DNA of 64,000 bases from contig JAKMXF010000332.1 in assembly GCA_024704765.1 (NCBI GenBank), positions 1,171,080 to 1,235,079 on the forward strand, written 5' to 3'. Source of the DNA: Oopsacas minuta (lineage: Eukaryota; Animalia; Porifera). The notes below the pieces were generated by a model, which ran no database searches, was not told the DNA's origin, and worked only from the letters and a program-made list of their open reading frames with translations. Position 1 is the first letter of the stretch. Each line of letters begins with the position of its first letter. The translations under genes and the position numbers were made by a program. Below are positions 63,032-64,000 of the stretch, one piece after another.

Positions 63032-64000
63032 TATTGGCAAAAACATGTGACATCCATAGTTTGTGCGATAACCCAGAAACGTGAGATTTTATCATTAAAA
63101 AATTCTTATATATACAGAGACGTTTTGAGAGAATTTGGTATTCCAACATTTTGAGCATAGATAAATAATTAACGACACACATGCTTCAGGGAGCAGTTGT
63201 AATATATATGTGCCAATTCCGCTAACAAATGACGCAACATCGATCTAAAAATTTCCACAAATGTGGCTTTTGTGAATTCTTACAGATTTATAATACGAGT
63301 ATTCAAGTGAAAATGCACCAGTTTCATATCATCGGTGATTATAGATTTTCTCATCAAAATATATGCATGGTCTAGTGAAAATTGACTCGGTGATCATCTT
63401 GAAGTGGGCTACGGATTACTCTATCATAAGTTAGGCTTTAACCCAGTTCAATTATGATGCAAAAATTACTCAATAGTTAATCAAATTCCAATTAGTCAAT
63501 CATGTGGCTATGCCTTGTTAATTGAAAATTACGCAATACGCAATAAACCAATACGTGAGAAACCAATGTAACCACCACTATATTGTGGATGATATATACA
63601 TTCTCAACAAATACATTTTTTGTAATTTAATAGCCAATTCAAAGTAAAAAACATGTTTACTTCAATCGTGTATTTGAACGACTTTCCGTATTGCTAGAGA
63701 AATAACTTGTTATTATTCGAAAGTATAGCGTTAGTGGATTACGAAAATGTCATCAGAAGTGTAAAATATGTGTGATGACTTAGCATTGAGGATTTGAAAA
63801 TTCTTCCATTTATTTTAACTATAATGTGTAATTGACCGGCTTCTCATTAATATTTTGATATAAGTTTTCTTCTACATAGTATTGATGATTGGTAGATTAT
63901 GTGTTGAAAATTTCTTTTTAAATTATTCATTACTTTTTGAAATACTTTATTTGGAAAAATTCAATGACGAAGTTAGACAAGGGTCACTTCAGTCACAAAT

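Larger units (their letters stand above)
61050..63366. mobile_element. ~1-kb foldback element interrupted by a mariner
   Basis: The left arm 61050-61500 matches the reverse complement of 61640-61700 plus 63033-63366. Confidence 0.8.

Overview
AT-rich eukaryotic (metazoan-like) DNA with short GT-AG introns, densely packed with nested, mostly decayed transposons and fragments of host genes. No rRNA, tRNA, CRISPR or prokaryotic operon is visible. Elements delimited by termini and/or target-site duplications (TSDs): three hAT elements (two Buster/Charlie-type, one Ac/BED-type), two DD34D mariners, two DD37E Tc1-like elements, a Ty3/gypsy LTR retrotransposon, two Mutator-like elements (one with a C-terminal RING finger), several MITEs, and a family of ~0.35-1 kb foldback palindromes sharing a central core. 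The only host gene recognisable by sequence is the terminal exon of ANAPC2. The main result, not shown by the ORF track, is a ~9.9-kb Transib/RAG1-like transposon (12671-22563). It has CACAGTG/CACAGTC ends, a second conserved TIR block and a perfect 5-bp TSD (CATAT). It encodes a decayed RAG1/Transib-type transposase with an NBD-like N-terminal region and a C-terminal CxxCxxxGH zinc motif, split by a younger hAT. It carries cargo, including a convergent gene headed by a hydrophobic 2A-like (StopGo) peptide (...LFLFLIICGDVEVNPGP), at the position where ProtoRAG carries RAG2L. A sponge or other marine invertebrate host is plausible (2A-signal gene type, intron style) but is inference only. All alignments and translations were done by eye.
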